Assembly (NCBI GenBank): GCA_951406725.2
Contig: OX597822.1
Span: 39,308,001 to 39,372,000 of the forward strand
Reading direction: 5' to 3'
Source of the DNA: Octopus vulgaris
Lineage: Eukaryota
DNA: 64,000 nt
A program made the position numbers and the translations under genes. Positions 41,490 through 58,910 of this stretch are shown one piece after another; within the stretch, counting starts at the first letter, position 1, and each line of letters starts with the position of its first letter. The notes under the pieces are model-generated. The model ran no database searches and was not told the DNA's origin. It worked only from the letters and a program-made list of their open reading frames with translations.

Positions 41490-43982
41490 ACAATGATAAA
41501 AAATCTACAAGAAAATGTATGGGAAGACATCTCAATCGCCGACCTAAGGAGGGCACAAACGAAGGCTCATAAGCGGAAATCCCCTGGTATTGATAGAGTA
41601 CCAAATTTCTGGACCTCATCACTCTCGTCTGCTCACAAAATGTTAGTAATAGTATTTAATAGTATTATGAATGACCCGGAAAAAACTCCCCATTGAATGG
41701 CAAATGGTATTACTTACATCCTCCCCCAAAATAACGGAACCAAAGACCCCCAAAACCGGCCTATAACATATTTGTCTACTACCTATAAGATTTTGACATC
41801 TCTTCTAGTGGAGAAAACACGTTTATGGAAGAGAATAACCTCTTCCCTACTGAACAAAAAGGATGCAGATGAGGCTCATACGGATGCAAAGATCAGCTCC
41901 TAATTAATCGCATGATCCTTGAGAACTGCCATAACAAGCGCAGAAATATCAGCTCTTCATGGATTGATTATAAAAAAGCCTTTGACAGCATACCACATTC
42001 ATGGATTCTGTAATCACTGGACATTTTCAAAATTTCTCCTGTGATTTCAGATTTTTTAGAGTATAATATGTCACTATGGAACACGAATCTCCAATTACAT
42101 CATTCTAATGGAGTATTGCACTCCAAACAATATTAGCATAAACTGTGGCATTTTTCAAGGTGACTCACTTTCACCACTATTTTCTGCATAGCACTAATAC
42201 CACTCTCAAGCGAACTGAATAGAACAGGGTATGGCTACAAAATTGACAGCAGGAAAATAAGCCATCTATTTTATATGGATGATTTAAAACTATATAGCAA
42301 AGATGATGAAGAGCTTGAAGGACTACTACACACTGTGAAAAGATTCAGTGATGATACTGGGATGGAGTTTGGCCTTGAAAAGTATGCCAAAGCCACTTTT
42401 AAGAAAAGGAAATTGATAAAGTCAAGTTCAATCGAATTAGATGTCGAAACAGTAATAAAGGAACTTGAGCAGGAACAAACCTATAAACACCTAGGAATAA
42501 ATGAAGGCTCTGGTATCCAGCATGCAAGCATGAAAGAGAAGGTTAGGAAGGAATGTTATAGAAGAGTACGAGCAATCTTGAAGTCTGAGCTGAATGCTTA
42601 TAATAAGGTGTTAGCCATAAATTCCTTAGCGGTCCCAGTTGTTCTTTATAGCTTCAATGTACTTAACTGGAATACCAGTGAAATAATGAAAATTGACAGA
42701 AAAATCCGTAAGCTACTGACTTATAATATGATGAACAATCCAAAGGCAGACGTGGATCGCCTTTACCTTCCCAGAGCTCAGGGAGGTCGAGGTTTGATCC
42801 AGCTTGAACTTACGTACAAAACCACCACAATCGGACTGGCCAAATACCTTGAAGCAACCAACGATTGGATGCTAAAACTTGTTGAAAAACATAAAAGACC
42901 GAAAAATTTCACTCTATTCTGAAAGGGAGCAAAACATTCGCTACTGATCTCTTAGATACCTACCAGATTGATCAGGTTGAAGGAAATGCGCTGCAAAATA
43001 AATAAAATTAATTGCAAAGACAAAAGCGCATGAAAAATTAGCTAGCAAATGGGAACAGAAACCTCTGCATGGCAAATATGTGGCCCGTAGCAAACAAACT
43101 GATGTCGACCAGAAACACACGCGCCAATGGTTATGAAGCTCGGGGCTACAAGCGGAGAGTGAAGGTTTCATATTAGCTGCTCAAGACCAAAGCTTATTAA
43201 CCCGGAACTACCAAGCCAATGAGATAAAAAATGGAGCTGACCCAAAATGCCGATTCTGTAACGATGAGATTGAAACTAGGATTCTGTAATCTCAGGGTGT
43301 AGAGTCTTAGCACCTGCAGAATATAAAGCAAGACATAACAGAGTTGGCCAGTATTTACACTGGACAATATGTCGGCATTATAAAATCAAAACCGCTGACA
43401 AATGGTATAAACACCATCCTGAAGCTGTGACTGAGGGAGAAAATGTGTCGATTCTATGGGACTTCCTCGTACATACCGACAAAAATATAAAAGCTAAAAA
43501 TCGGATATTATTATAAAAGATCAGACAAAAAGAATGTGTTTATTAATTGACATGAGTATTCCTTGCGATCACAATATAGCGGCGAAAGAATTTGACAAGA
43601 TTAGTAAATATAAAGACTTGCTAATAGAAATTGAAAAAATGTGGCATCTCAAGGCGGCTACTGTACCAGTGATTGTAGGATCTCTAGGAATGATAAAAAA
43701 AAAGGTACTGAAGCCTATTTGAAAATGATACCAGGCTTACCATCCCTACAGGAAGTGCAAAAAATCCTGTTAACTGGAACGGATCATGAACTGAGAAGAG
43801 CATTATCGCTGTGTAAACAACATCAATTCATGAATTTATTTATTTATTAATTTTTTAAATGCATATTTTACCTGTGAATTTGCGTGTGTAATCTGGGAAT
43901 GCATACAATGAGTTTCTCTGCCCTAGGTGTACGGAAAACACTCGGCGAGAAGCAGAAGAAAATTTGAAGAAAGAAGGAAAAA
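41490..43982 (+). mobile_element. 5'-truncated, frameshifted R4/Dong element (family 2): RT, zinc knuckle, RLE, 3' UTR
   Basis: KSPGIDRVPNFW, WIDYKKAFDS, GIFQGDSLSP, YMDDLKLY, GGRGL, AAQDQ, CRFC; 3' end like the 16950 copy. Confidence 0.92.
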
Positions 43983-44014
43983 ATAATAATAACAATAATA
44001 TTAAAAATAATAAT

Positions 44015-44336
44015 GAACCAATTACATCAAATACGGTATAGACAACACATCAGAAAGTGATAAGTGCAGAATTTGCGGACAGAATAGTGAAACCGTACGG
44101 AATATTACCAGCCAATGTACGCTACTAGCCCAGGAAGAATATAAGAGATATCATGACAACATAGCAAAGATTGGAACGACTCATGTACTGAGAAGAGCAT
44201 TATCGCTGTGAAAACAACAGCCATTCATGAATTGATGTTGTTTACACAGCGATAATGCTCTTCTCAGTACATGATCCGTTCTAGGTGTACGGAAAACACT
44301 CGGCGAGAATTGGAAGAAAATTTGAAGAAAGAGGGA

Positions 44337-44338
<2 letters not shown>
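44015..44338 (+). mobile_element. Chimera: fragment of a third R4/Dong-like family, then a fold-back of the family 2 ORF end, then the family 2 3' terminus
   Basis: NYIKYGID...KCRICGQNSETV.NI.SQC..LAQEEYKR.HDNIA (44015-44172); inverted repeat 44174-44281; terminus CTAGGTGTACGG...GAAAGAGGGAAA. Confidence 0.75.
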
Positions 44339-44415
<77 letters not shown>

Positions 44416-44445
44416 GTAATAATAATGATGATGATGATGATGATG

Positions 44446-44509
<64 letters not shown>

Positions 44510-44526
44510 TAATAATAATAATAATA

Positions 44527-45012
44527 TACATTGTTTTGTCTTGGTATAAAAGATGGGCTACAGCAAATATTCTGCTCAATACCACAGATTTGCTTGATAG
44601 TTGTTTGACCATAACCAGTTGACCACGTCCCTTAGTGGCTGACGATATGTGCATCTCTGATCACGAGCAGAAGTAGTGGGGGAGCATCATAGCCATGTGT
44701 TGAGAGGGATTCTTTGGGGTTTGAATAATTCACCTCTGGAAACATGGGTGGTTCTTTCAACATCCTTAAACAACCCTTATTCAGGGACCTTTTGAGCGGG
44801 ATGGGCAACTCAACCTGAAGAAAATTCTAACTGGGCCCCACCTGCAAGGTCATGTGCTGTTTATTTTGATATGAGATCACCATGTCGCGCACATATGGTT
44901 GTGATGCATGTGCCTGGTGTACCTTTATCAGACGGGTAGTCATGATGGGTATATTGGGCTTCGTATATTTTACCCCAGTGTCACTTTGATGGCATGAACT
45001 GCTCTCTCACTC
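44527..45012 (+). mobile_element. Family D, 5'-truncated
   Basis: Starts at TACATTGTTTTGTC; intact 3' end CTCTCACTC plus (AAT)n. Confidence 0.85.
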
Positions 45013-45021
45013 AATAATAAT

Positions 45022-47433
<2,412 letters not shown>

Positions 47434-50400
47434 GGATATAATTTCAGTTAATGATGTTGATATCACAAACCTCAACCACCTATACTATGCATCCGCGAAA
47501 ATCTCAACGATCCTATGTGGTGTAAAGATTAGAAAACGGCAACAGTCCCACAAAAAGCCTTCTTGGCAAGAGCGTCTGCAACAACAAATTAAAATATTTA
47601 GATCTGACATTGAATATTTGAAAAACCTTAAGGCTCACAAGACTACCAAACCTACAAAAACCCAAAAATTACTGAAAAAATACAATATGAAAACTATACT
47701 TGATATTGATGCCACCATAGAAACCATCAAACAAAAGGTATCTGCCAAAGCTGCCCGCATAGCGAGGTATGAAAAGCGTGTTAGATTTTTCAAGGACAAC
47801 AACATGTTCAAAAATAACACCAAGAATTTTTACAGGAAGATAGGAAAAACAGCGTTTACTGTAGCGTCTGTACCATCAAAAGAAGAAGTGCAGAGATTTT
47901 GGAATAAAATCTGGGCAGAAGAAAAAACACACAACGAAAAGGCCCCCTGGATTGACAGAATATCTACAGAACTGGACCCCTTAGAAGAGCAAAAGTGGGA
48001 GGGTGTCAAGGTAGAAGATATAAGATCTGCTCTCAGGAGGTCAAGCAAATGGAAGTCTCCAGGAAAGGATAAAATTCCTAACTTCTGGCTGAATGCCTTC
48101 CCAGAGAGCCATGAACTGCTAACAGAACTGTACAATGATGTTTTGCAACACCCTAGTAGGATGCCTCCTTGGCTAGTTAATGGGTTAACATTCCTGCTTC
48201 CAAAAAGTGAAGAAACAAATGAACCAAAAAACTATAGACCCATAACCTGCTTAACAACTATGTACAAAACACTAACATCTGTCCTGACGGAATATACCTA
48301 TAGTTTTTTAACAGACAGCAGCATATTCCCTAATGAACAGAAAGGATGTAAACGTGGATCCTACGGCTGTAAAGACCAACTACTCATCAATAAGATGATC
48401 TTAGAAGATTGTCACAAACGACACAAAAACTTATCAATAGCCTGGATAGACTATAAAAAGGCTTTTGATAGCCTACCACATAGCTGGATTAGGAAATGCC
48501 TTGAAATGTATAAGATAGCACCAACTCTGCGAAACTTCTTGACTGTAAGTATGAGATCATGGAGAACCACACTAACTCTGAACAGTGACAGTGAATCCCT
48601 AAATGCTGGTGATGCAAAAATTTCGTGTGGCATTTTCCAGGGTGACTCACTGTCACCACTCCTCTTTTGTTTATCCTTAATACCTCTCTCAAAGCTGCTC
48701 AATGACGCGCAGTACGGGTATAAAATGTTTGATAAAAATATAAATCATCTCGTTTACATGGATGATTTAAAGCTTTTTGCAAAAAATGATCAACAACTCA
48801 AGGGCTTACTAGCGATAGTCAAACAATTCAGTGACGACATCAGAATGCAATTCGGCCTCGATAAATGTGCAAAGGCTACCTTTATCAAAGGAAAAATGAC
48901 AGAAACATCTAACGTTAACCTTGACCAACAGAATGTCATAAAAGAACTAGACCCAGCGGAGAGCTACAAGTACCTAGGGGTAATTGAAGGGAACGGAATA
49001 AGGCATTCAGAGATGAAGGAAAGGATCAGGAGAGAATGCTATCGAAGAGTGAGAGACAGAGCTGAATGCAAGAAACAGGATCGAAGCAATCAATGCATTA
49101 GCTATACCAGTCGTGACTTACAGTTTCAATATTGTTAACTGGTCAATTACTGAAATATGTCAGCTCGACAGAAAAATAAGGAAACTGTTGACAATGCATA
49201 GAATGCACCACCCTAAGGCAGATACAGAACGACTCTATCTGCCAAGAAAAGAGGGAGGCCGTGGTCTTTTGCAACTGGCAATAACAATGAAGATTGCTAC
49301 AATTGGCCTAGACACCTACCTGAAAAACTCTGAGGACTGGATGCTAAAACTTGTCTCAAAACATGAAAACAAGAAAGCATCATACTCAGTCACAAAACAG
49401 GCAAAGGAATATCTAAGTGAATTCCGAATACAACCAATTTCGGAATTAGAGATAGATATACAAGAAACAAGCACAGAAAAAGCTAGGCGCATGAAAACCC
49501 GTGCTAAAACTGCGGCCTTAGATATTCTGAATAATAAATGGCAAGAAAAACCTCTCTATGGCAAATACCCAAAGAGAGCGAATAATGCAGATATCGACAA
49601 AGCCCTGACCCATCAATGGCTAATGGCCTCTGGCTTAAAATCTGAAACAGAGGGGTTTATCATAGCAGCCCAAGATCAATGCCTACCAACAAGAAACTAC
49701 CAGGCCAACATATTAAAGATCAGAAGCAGTCCAACGTGTCGTGTATGCAAGCAACAAAATGAAACCATTGACCATGTGGTCTCAAAGTGCAGTCTTCTAG
49801 CGCCTACAGAGTATCTCAACAGGCACGATAGAGCTGCACAATATATTCACTGGGTAATCTGTAAAAACCTGGATTTGCCCCATGAAAAAAACTGGTGGGA
49901 ACACAAACCACCCCCAGTGCTTGAAAATGACCACATCTCACTCCTCTGGAACTTCACCATTCAAACTGACAGGAAGATAGATGCAAATAGGCCAGACATC
50001 ATATTGAAAGACTTCAAACAAAGAACATGCCTCCTCATTGATATGACTGTCCCAATCGATATAAACGTATCTGTCAAGACCTACCAAAAACTGAGCAAAT
50101 ATAAAGATCTTGAAATAGAAATCAGCAAAATGTGGAAGCTGAAGACTAAAACAATACCTGTTGTCATAGGTGCCCTGGGAATGATAGCAAAAGGGGCTGA
50201 TAGCTACCTAACTCAGATACCAGGAAACCCAAAAATGGCAGAAGTTCAAAAGATAGTGCTCATGGGAACTGCTCATATCCTACGCAAAATACTCTCTATG
50301 TAATCTCAAGGTTTAAAACAAACATAATTTTTGGTTTAAAAAAAAAAAAAAAACCTTTTTTTTTAGACATTCATTAGTACAACATCCCCACCCCCAAATA

Positions 50401-50511
50401 TATGGCACACTAGGCATAACAACAACATGAACTTCCAACCCTGTTGTCTCTTGAGGTCTCTGGGTGAGACTTGGAGCCAACTTGTACAAATATAAAGCAA
50501 AAGTCAAACAT
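47434..50511 (+). mobile_element. Young 5'-truncated R4/Dong RLE retrotransposon (family 1); ORF to 50303 with one frameshift near 49056
   Basis: Full RT (NYRPITCL, WIDYKKAFDS, GIFQGDSLSPLLF, YMDD, YKYLG), CRVC..ETIDHVVSKC, RHD, RPD...D...K..KY; 11-bp deletion relative to the 45096 copy; (TAA)n flanks. Confidence 0.95.
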
Positions 50512-50514
50512 AGA

Positions 50515-50549
<35 letters not shown>

Positions 50550-50564
50550 AATGATAATAATAAT

Positions 50565-50616
<52 letters not shown>

Positions 50617-51599
50617 GTAATGATTTCAAAGTTTGGCACAATGCCAGCAACTTTAGGAGAGGAGGAAAGTCGATCACCTCAACCCCAATGCTCAACAAGT
50701 ACTTCATTTATCGACCCCGTAAGGATGCAAGGTAAAGTTGATCTCGGCGGAATTTGAACTTAATACGTAAAACCGAAATAAATGCCGGAGATGATCTGAT
50801 TTTCACTATAGACTCTCGACTGGCAGTCGGATCCATCCTACCCGTGATAACGGTTGTTCGATATAAACCATCAACTTAACAATGCACTGACTGATATCAA
50901 ACGACTGCTTGCCGGTCGAATTTGTCAGCTTGCGCACCTCTCGGATAAGTTCGGTTCTGCCAAACAATGATCTAAATAGAGTTAATATCGAACAAAGCTG
51001 TGATTCCCAGTAGCACTGTCAAGTCAAAGACTTGGAAAATATTCATAATTCTTTAATTGAAATTTCCCCAGGCCAGAGTGCGTACACTGTCCTCGTTGGC
51101 GCTCAGAATTCGTTCCAGGCCTTCATAGTTCATATGCTCCACTAGCTATCTACAGAATGTAAGATCTTATTTGCTCTGCTGGTAGAAAGTTTGGCAATAT
51201 CGTAAATGTTAAAGGCCCAATCTCGGTCAAAGCTTGATCCAAGATTTCAGGTCGGTTAATTCTTGTCACAGGAATTCCGTTGAACTAATTCATTTATCTA
51301 CTCCTGAAATCTGATTGATTTCTTGTGCCTACAGCCCTGTTTATTAGTCTCATTTCAGTCGATTGTTCATATCACCAATTTATGGTTTGTGCATTCAACT
51401 ATTCAGAACTGTGATAACTTACACTTTAAACCTATAGGTCAACTTAACAAAAACTAAATATGATATAGATGATCCGCTGTAGTTTGTTCGAATCCAAACT
51501 AGGTTCAGGAAACTAAGGCGATATCCAGCAGAGATGTTTGCGAGACTCTTGCACTGCAACCCCTGCTTCACTACAATCTATGTGTTCGTCTAAAATACC

Positions 51600-52620
51600 T
51601 CCTAAGTTACCCACTAGCGCTAATAAGATGTTCTTAGGAAGGTTTGTAGACATTTGAAGAGGTCCAGAATCAACGAAAATAAAAACACTAGTCCTTTCAA
51701 TTATGCATACCGCACAATCTCTTCAGCTACAGACACAAGAAAATGGAAATTTGCTTGTCTTCTGGGCCATATTGAAGGCAGAAGGGCAATCATCACGATA
51801 AACTTAGCTGACGACCGAATCCATAATAGATGAGGCCACTTTTGTTTGTTCGACAATAATCCACAAATCAGCAATGATTGGGTACTGAAAAAATGCATAC
51901 AGAACGGTTTATCGCTTTGTGTACAGCTCGGACAGGACCTTTTTATTGATAGTTCGGTATGCCGTGGCTGATGATGCGAAGACATGAGCTGACGCTTCGG
52001 ATTTCCATTTGAGTATGAATTTGAATATCCTCCAGTAAAATTGCTCGGCCGGGGTATTTTGGAAATTATTTATTGTCACCGAGCTTAATTCTTCTGATAT
52101 AGTAACTGTTCAGCTGATTTTCGTTGACGCTTACAGACTTGCTGAAAACCTAGTAGCTTTTGCCAAACACTGAATCTCTATTGAATGCGATAATGACACA
52201 ACACTGACCGTATTTCCTGACTATGAGCTCCTGATGACTTTCTAGACAACAGATGCTCAATCTTGTTTTCCATTTGATTCATGACTATTGTTCTGTGAAA
52301 AGGAGGCGTGAGGAGAAGACCTTCCAGACAAACGGGGGCCACTGACAGCTTACCATACACGAACTTTTGTGAATGTCGATGACTCAGCGCATGTATAGGC
52401 ATCATCAGCCATGGCACATCGGACCATCCATTGAAAAGCTATTGGCAAAATATGGAAACTTTGAAACAGTGGAAAACTCATCAATCAGACTCACCAATCA
52501 GACTCATCAATCAGACTCATCAATCAGACTCATCAATCAGACTCATTAATCGCAAACGATAAAAACTTGGGGAAGGCCCAACAATCAGGCAGTAATATAT
52601 GACAGGGACCATAAATTTCA
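51600..52620 (-). pseudogene. Highly degraded L1/Tx1 ORF2 3' region
   Basis: CPSCTQSDK.. and MPWLMM..HAL align with the 2790 and 11850 Tx1 pieces. Confidence 0.55.
52476..52551. repeat. 13-bp tandem repeat (ACTCATCAATCAG) x about 6
   Basis: Direct reading. Confidence 0.9.
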
Positions 52621-52865
52621 GGGACAGTTTCCTCTCAGCAAATTTATATTTTTGACAGGTTACCGCGTACGTTATATCATCTCAGTTTGTAACCATCGGA
52701 AGGTCTAACCCGGACCCGATCCTGAGCATCGTAACAGGACGGATGATGTAGCGATCCTCAACACTCTCCATTACAGATTTATCTCTGGCGATGTAGAATT
52801 GTAAACCAACCGGTTAAGCTGTGTTCCTGTTATCCCTTCCTTTTTCTCCGCCGTTTCAATCGACC

Positions 52866-53253
52866 GTGGAGGCGCAATGGCCCAGTGGTTAGGGCAGCGG
52901 ACTCGCGGTCGTAGGATCGCGGTTTCGATTCCCAGACCGGGCGTTGTGAGTGTTTATTGAGCGAAAAACACCTAAAGCTCCACGAGGCTCCGGCAGGGAT
53001 GGTAGTGATCCCTGCTGTACTCTTTCACCACAACTTTCTCTCACTCTTACTTCCTGTTTCTGTTGTACCTGTATTTCAAAGGGCCGGCCTTGTCACTCTC
53101 TGTGTCACGCTGAATATCCCCGAGAACTACGTTAAGAGTACACGTGTCTGTGGAGTGCTCAGCCACTTACACGTTAATTTCACGAGCAGGCTGTTCCGTT
53201 GATCGGATCAACCGGAACCCTCGTCGTCGTAACCGACGGAGTGCTTACATCCA
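52866..53253 (+). mobile_element. SINE family C, full length, with 10-bp TSD
   Basis: A box TGGCCCAGTGG, TCG anticodon-like loop, B box GTTTCGATTCC; TCAATCGACC at 52856 and 53254. Confidence 0.9.
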
Positions 53254-53564
53254 TCAATCGACCAAAGCGCGTAAACTAATATCACCAGATCGTCGTTACC
53301 AAGGCGGTGACGTACTTCTCGTACTTGAACATGGCCTTTCCTCGCATTCCTTCATTCAAACAAGAGGCTTTAGGCTTGCTCTTGTTTGTATAGTAATGAT
53401 TCAAGAATCGAAACGGACAGAAGCAAAGAGAAGACACCATTCACGAAGCCAGTGTCTCATTCGAAACAGTTCTGATGAATGTCCACTTGACCTGACCAGA
53501 AACAAGATACCACCGTTCAGAGAAGCAATCAAATCTCCAAAAGCGGAACTGAAACCTAGTACAT

Positions 53565-54335
53565 AGGTATGTATGTATGTATGTATGTATGTATGTATGT
53601 ATGTATGTATGTATGTATGTATGTATGTATGTATGTATGTACGTATGTACATATGGATGTATGTTTTATGTACGTACGTGCATACGTACGTATGTATGTA
53701 TACACACACACACACACACGAATGCTCACACATACAGAAGCAGAGAGACTATGCAGCTAACTATATAGAGAAGTGGATAGATAAATAATAAATTGATCGA
53801 TAAATTCAGAGATATTTTAGCTAGAAAGATGGACAGACTGACTGTGTGACAGACAGAGCGACAGACAGATAGACAGCTGGACAGATTGATCATAGAGAAA
53901 AATGATGTATAACGATACGACTTTTACGTTTTCTAAGAGAAAGAGAGAGAAAGAGAAGTGAGAATTGTATGCATTATAGAGAGAGAGAGAGAGGGAGGGA
54001 GAGAGAGGGGAAGACAGAGAGTCAGAAAGAGAGACAGAGATGGAAGGGGATTTGCAAGAAATAGAGAGACAGCGACTTAAGGAGAAAGAGTGGGGGAAGA
54101 GCGAGTGATTGGAAGAGGAAAAAGTGTGTGTGTGACACAAGAGGAAGGGAGAAGGAGGAGAGAAAGAGAGACAGAGAGACGTATGAGAGAGTAAGGGAGA
54201 GAGAGAGAGAACAAGGAAAAGAGAGAAGTGTGTAAGAAAGAGAGAAGAGAGAGAGAGAGAGAGAGAGTGAGGGATGGTGGGAGACAGACAGAGGAGAAGA
54301 GAAAGAGACAAAGGAAAATAGAGAGAAGAGTGAAA

Positions 54336-54372
<37 letters not shown>

Positions 54373-54675
54373 GCGAGGGAGAGGGGAATAAAGAGACAGT
54401 GTCTAGATATCAAAGGAAGAGCAAGAGATGAGGAGAAAGAGAGACAGACAGATAGATATACAAGTATGCAAAGAAAATGTGATTGTATGTATGTATGTAT
54501 GTATGTATGTATGTATGACTGTATGACTGTATGCGTGTGCGTATATCCTGAAGATGGAGTGGATGAGAGACAAAAAGCATATATGTAAGTATACAAAAAT
54601 ACATGTGTGTATATATATACATGTATATCTATATATATATATATATATACATACATATACATACATAGACACACA

Positions 54676-54747
<72 letters not shown>

Positions 54748-54765
54748 CATGTGTGTCTATGTGTG

Positions 54766-54796
<31 letters not shown>

Positions 54797-54994
54797 GTAT
54801 ATATATATATATATGGATTGGGGAAGGATGGTGTTTACAAACGAAGAAAAAGTTCTCTATATATATTTGCATATATGTATGTGTGTATATATATGTATAT
54901 ATATACATGTGTGTGTGTGTATAAATGTGTATATATCTATATGTATATGTATGTATATATATATACATACATATACATACATATATATATATAC

Positions 54995-55054
<60 letters not shown>

Positions 55055-55162
55055 CAAGCACACACACGTACAGGCTCACACATAAATATGTCTGAAGAGA
55101 GGGAGAGAGAGTGTGCGTGTGTGGGAGAAAGAGAGAGCAAGAGAAAGAGAGACTATGTGTGT

Positions 55163-55193
<31 letters not shown>

Positions 55194-55861
55194 AAGTCTA
55201 TAAACAGTGGGTGGGGAGAACTCCTTGAAATGGCATGGGGACTATTGATGACTCATGTGTGTAAGAAGGAATCTAGCAGTTCTAGACAGAGGGTGGGTGG
55301 GGAGGGTGGGAAACAGAACCGGTGAAGTGGCAGCGGTGCCGTCGGTGGAGGCGGCGGCGGTGGAAGCGAAGGTGGGAGGTGGTGGGAGATGGTGGTTACT
55401 TGTCAGACACAAAACTCCAAGGGTACAGCTTACCTCTGTGTCTGCAGGACGACTGTCTCAGTTTGTGGTGGCTTACTTGAGAAACACGGATGGCTGTATA
55501 TGTATGTGTATATACATGTGTGTGTGTGTGTGTGTGTGTGGAGATGGTGTACGTATGTGAGCGCGTATATGCTTCTATGCGCGCGTGTGTGTGTTTCTTT
55601 ATTGATGTAGACATGGAAGTGTATATTCATTCTTCGTACAGACGGATTCCAATACAACACAAGTTCATACGAACGCACAAACATACGCGTATATACATGA
55701 CAAACACGTATATATATACATGCATGCATTCATACATATATACACACCGGCGGTGTGAATCATCAGCCTCCTACAAATATATATATATATACATGCATAC
55801 ATACATATATATATGTATATACTATATATATACCAATATATATTACATATATATAAATAAA

Positions 55862-55944
<83 letters not shown>

Positions 55945-56058
55945 CAATATATATATATATTTTCTATTATATGCTACAAAAAGAAAATAGAAACTGGTGC
56001 CCCTGTGTATATATATATATATATATATACATACATAAAAATATAGGTCTTCTCTTTC

Positions 56059-56146
<88 letters not shown>

Positions 56147-56333
56147 TGTATGCATACATACGTATGTACATAAATACATACATTCATGCATACATACATA
56201 TACACACATATTCATTCATTCATACATTTATAGACATAGAATTATGTGGGTCTGTTTATATACGTATGAGTATATATATGCATATACCTGTATATAAGTA
56301 TTTATGTATACATATATATGTGTGTGTATATAC

Positions 56334-56385
<52 letters not shown>

Positions 56386-56715
56386 TTGTAAATGTACTTC
56401 ATAGCACTTAATAGAGAAAAAAAAATTTACTCTGTACTTTAAGACATTTTGAAGAGAATCACATTAAATACTGAAACGAACCGGAAGGAGTGGAAGCCCC
56501 AGGGATACCCAAATAATACCTTTAAATTTTCAGTTTGTAACTGTACTTGTCTTTTTACGGCTGGTCCTGCTAGGCATTTAAGAGTACTTTAAATGAAGTA
56601 AGGTAATAATAGATCATATTTATGTATATATTTGAATATATGTATGTATGCATATCTTATGTACACACACATAACATATACATATACATACATGCATATG
56701 TATTTATATATATAT

Positions 56716-56764
<49 letters not shown>

Positions 56765-56954
56765 TATATGTGCATATATATGCATATATATATATGTATA
56801 TATACATACATACATATATATATATATTTTATATAATAAATCTCTGAGCAAGCTACAGTAGCATACACCCTTAAGGGTTAGCCACATTTAAGTGGCAAAT
56901 ATACTTATATATATATGTATAAATGATGATGATGATAATAATAATAATAATAAT

Positions 56955-56999
<45 letters not shown>

Positions 57000-57027
57000 A
57001 AATATATACGTATATCATACAACATAA

Positions 57028-57095
<68 letters not shown>

Positions 57096-57153
57096 TGCAC
57101 AGATGCATATCGCATACATACATAATACATACATACGTAGATACATGCATACA

Positions 57154-57249
<96 letters not shown>

Positions 57250-57250
57250 T
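53565..57250. repeat. Compound microsatellite field (TATG, GA, TA, TG); similar fields at 4290-5450, 35750-36590, 39395-40020 and 61490-63600
   Basis: Direct reading. Confidence 0.9.
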
Positions 57251-57797
57251 GCACAGATGCATATCGTGGGAAAGAAAATGCTGAAAGGTGTATAATAGCA
57301 GCAAATCGATTACTAGTCAGGCTGGATCAAATACTGAAAAAATCCATCGCCAAATGATGGGACACAGAATCGATATAAACAGCATTTGGTTTTAGGGCAT
57401 GTAGTGGTTAAGCTAAGGACGTGTTGCGGTTATGCTAATGATGGTATATTGAAATAAATGATGGCCAGGCATTTATTAATGACATCAAAACATTAATATG
57501 TTTGTTATACGAAGTGAATATAAATATAATTATGGAAAAAGTTAAGGAAACGAAAATGCATAGTAGTTCTTCATTGATAGGTAATATCCAGAAATATACG
57601 CTAATGTCACAAATTATCGAGAGGTGAATCCAGCGAATCTTACATAGTATCTCTTATATTATAGATTTCGTTGAACTCCGGAGAGTTCATACTCTAACAT
57701 CCCTGATAAGAGTGGGGAAAATCCGGGCACTTCTTTACGGCTGTTTCTAGGATGTAATGATCAGTAAGTTCTGTAGCGTGCCTGTCCGCCTTTTATA

Positions 57798-57971
<174 letters not shown>

Positions 57972-57976
57972 CTTTC

Positions 57977-58058
<82 letters not shown>

Positions 58059-58384
58059 AAAGGCAAAGTCGACCTCGGCAGAATTTGAATTCAGAACGTA
58101 AAGACAGACGAAATGCCGATAAGCATTTTGTCCAGCGTGCTAACGATTCTGCCAGGTCGCTGCCTTTGCCTTGACTTTCATAATGGTCAGAGAAATATAT
58201 AACAGGAATGATGGCGTCAGAAATTATGATAGAATTCGTACACATACAGACAGCATTACTAACTCACTCACTAGAAAGATGCTCACTCTTTCCGCATCCT
58301 TCTTTAATGGCTCTTGCCCGTACTTTTGTTAACTCCATCACCTCAAATTGCTCCCATCCTTCATGCCTTACTTCTCATTCCATT

Positions 58385-58910
58385 TCAGTTAGTTGATTCT
58401 CTCCATGCCCTGAGGCACACAAGGCCGCAACACGATCTCTCCAACCAGCTCTGTTTTCTTCTGCTGTTCTGGTCTCATTCCAGCTTCACCCTTCTCGTCT
58501 CCTTGTCAATGGTCCTACGCCATGGGATTCTAAAGGTTTACCACTTTAGTACCACCATACAATTGCTTTCTCGATCTTGTCCTGAGGACGTGTCCGATCT
58601 ACTTCCAGCATCTACGTCTTATTTCATCACTGATTCTGTTGATTCCCGTTGTCGTCTCAAATGTGTCATTTCGGATTCTTTGCAGCCACTTCATGTCCAG
58701 CATTCTCCTTAAGCATGCAAATTAGAAACTTTCCATTGTTTTTTCTTCAATTTTTGTCACTTTCCAGTTTCACATCCGTTGGGTAATTCTGGTCGGTCCA
58801 ATATCTTGAACAGCTTCAGCTTCATTTTATGGCTTACATCTTTGTTTCTCCATATCTTCGTCAGATTGTAGAATGCTCTCTGGGCATTGGATATTATGTT
58901 CTTTATACCC
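58385..58910 (-). pseudogene. Degraded RTE-clade LINE 3' end
   Basis: WKVTKIEEK.MESF..ACLRRML, RRWK.IGHVLR, PWRRTI.KE motifs across frameshifts. Confidence 0.7.

Noticed and set aside
52866-52940. Functional tRNA-Arg gene
   Set aside because: Continues into a SINE body with TSD; no complete acceptor stem or terminator
53455-53490. GAAAC...CTGATGA as a type-II hammerhead
   Set aside because: No room for stem I; likely chance motif proximity
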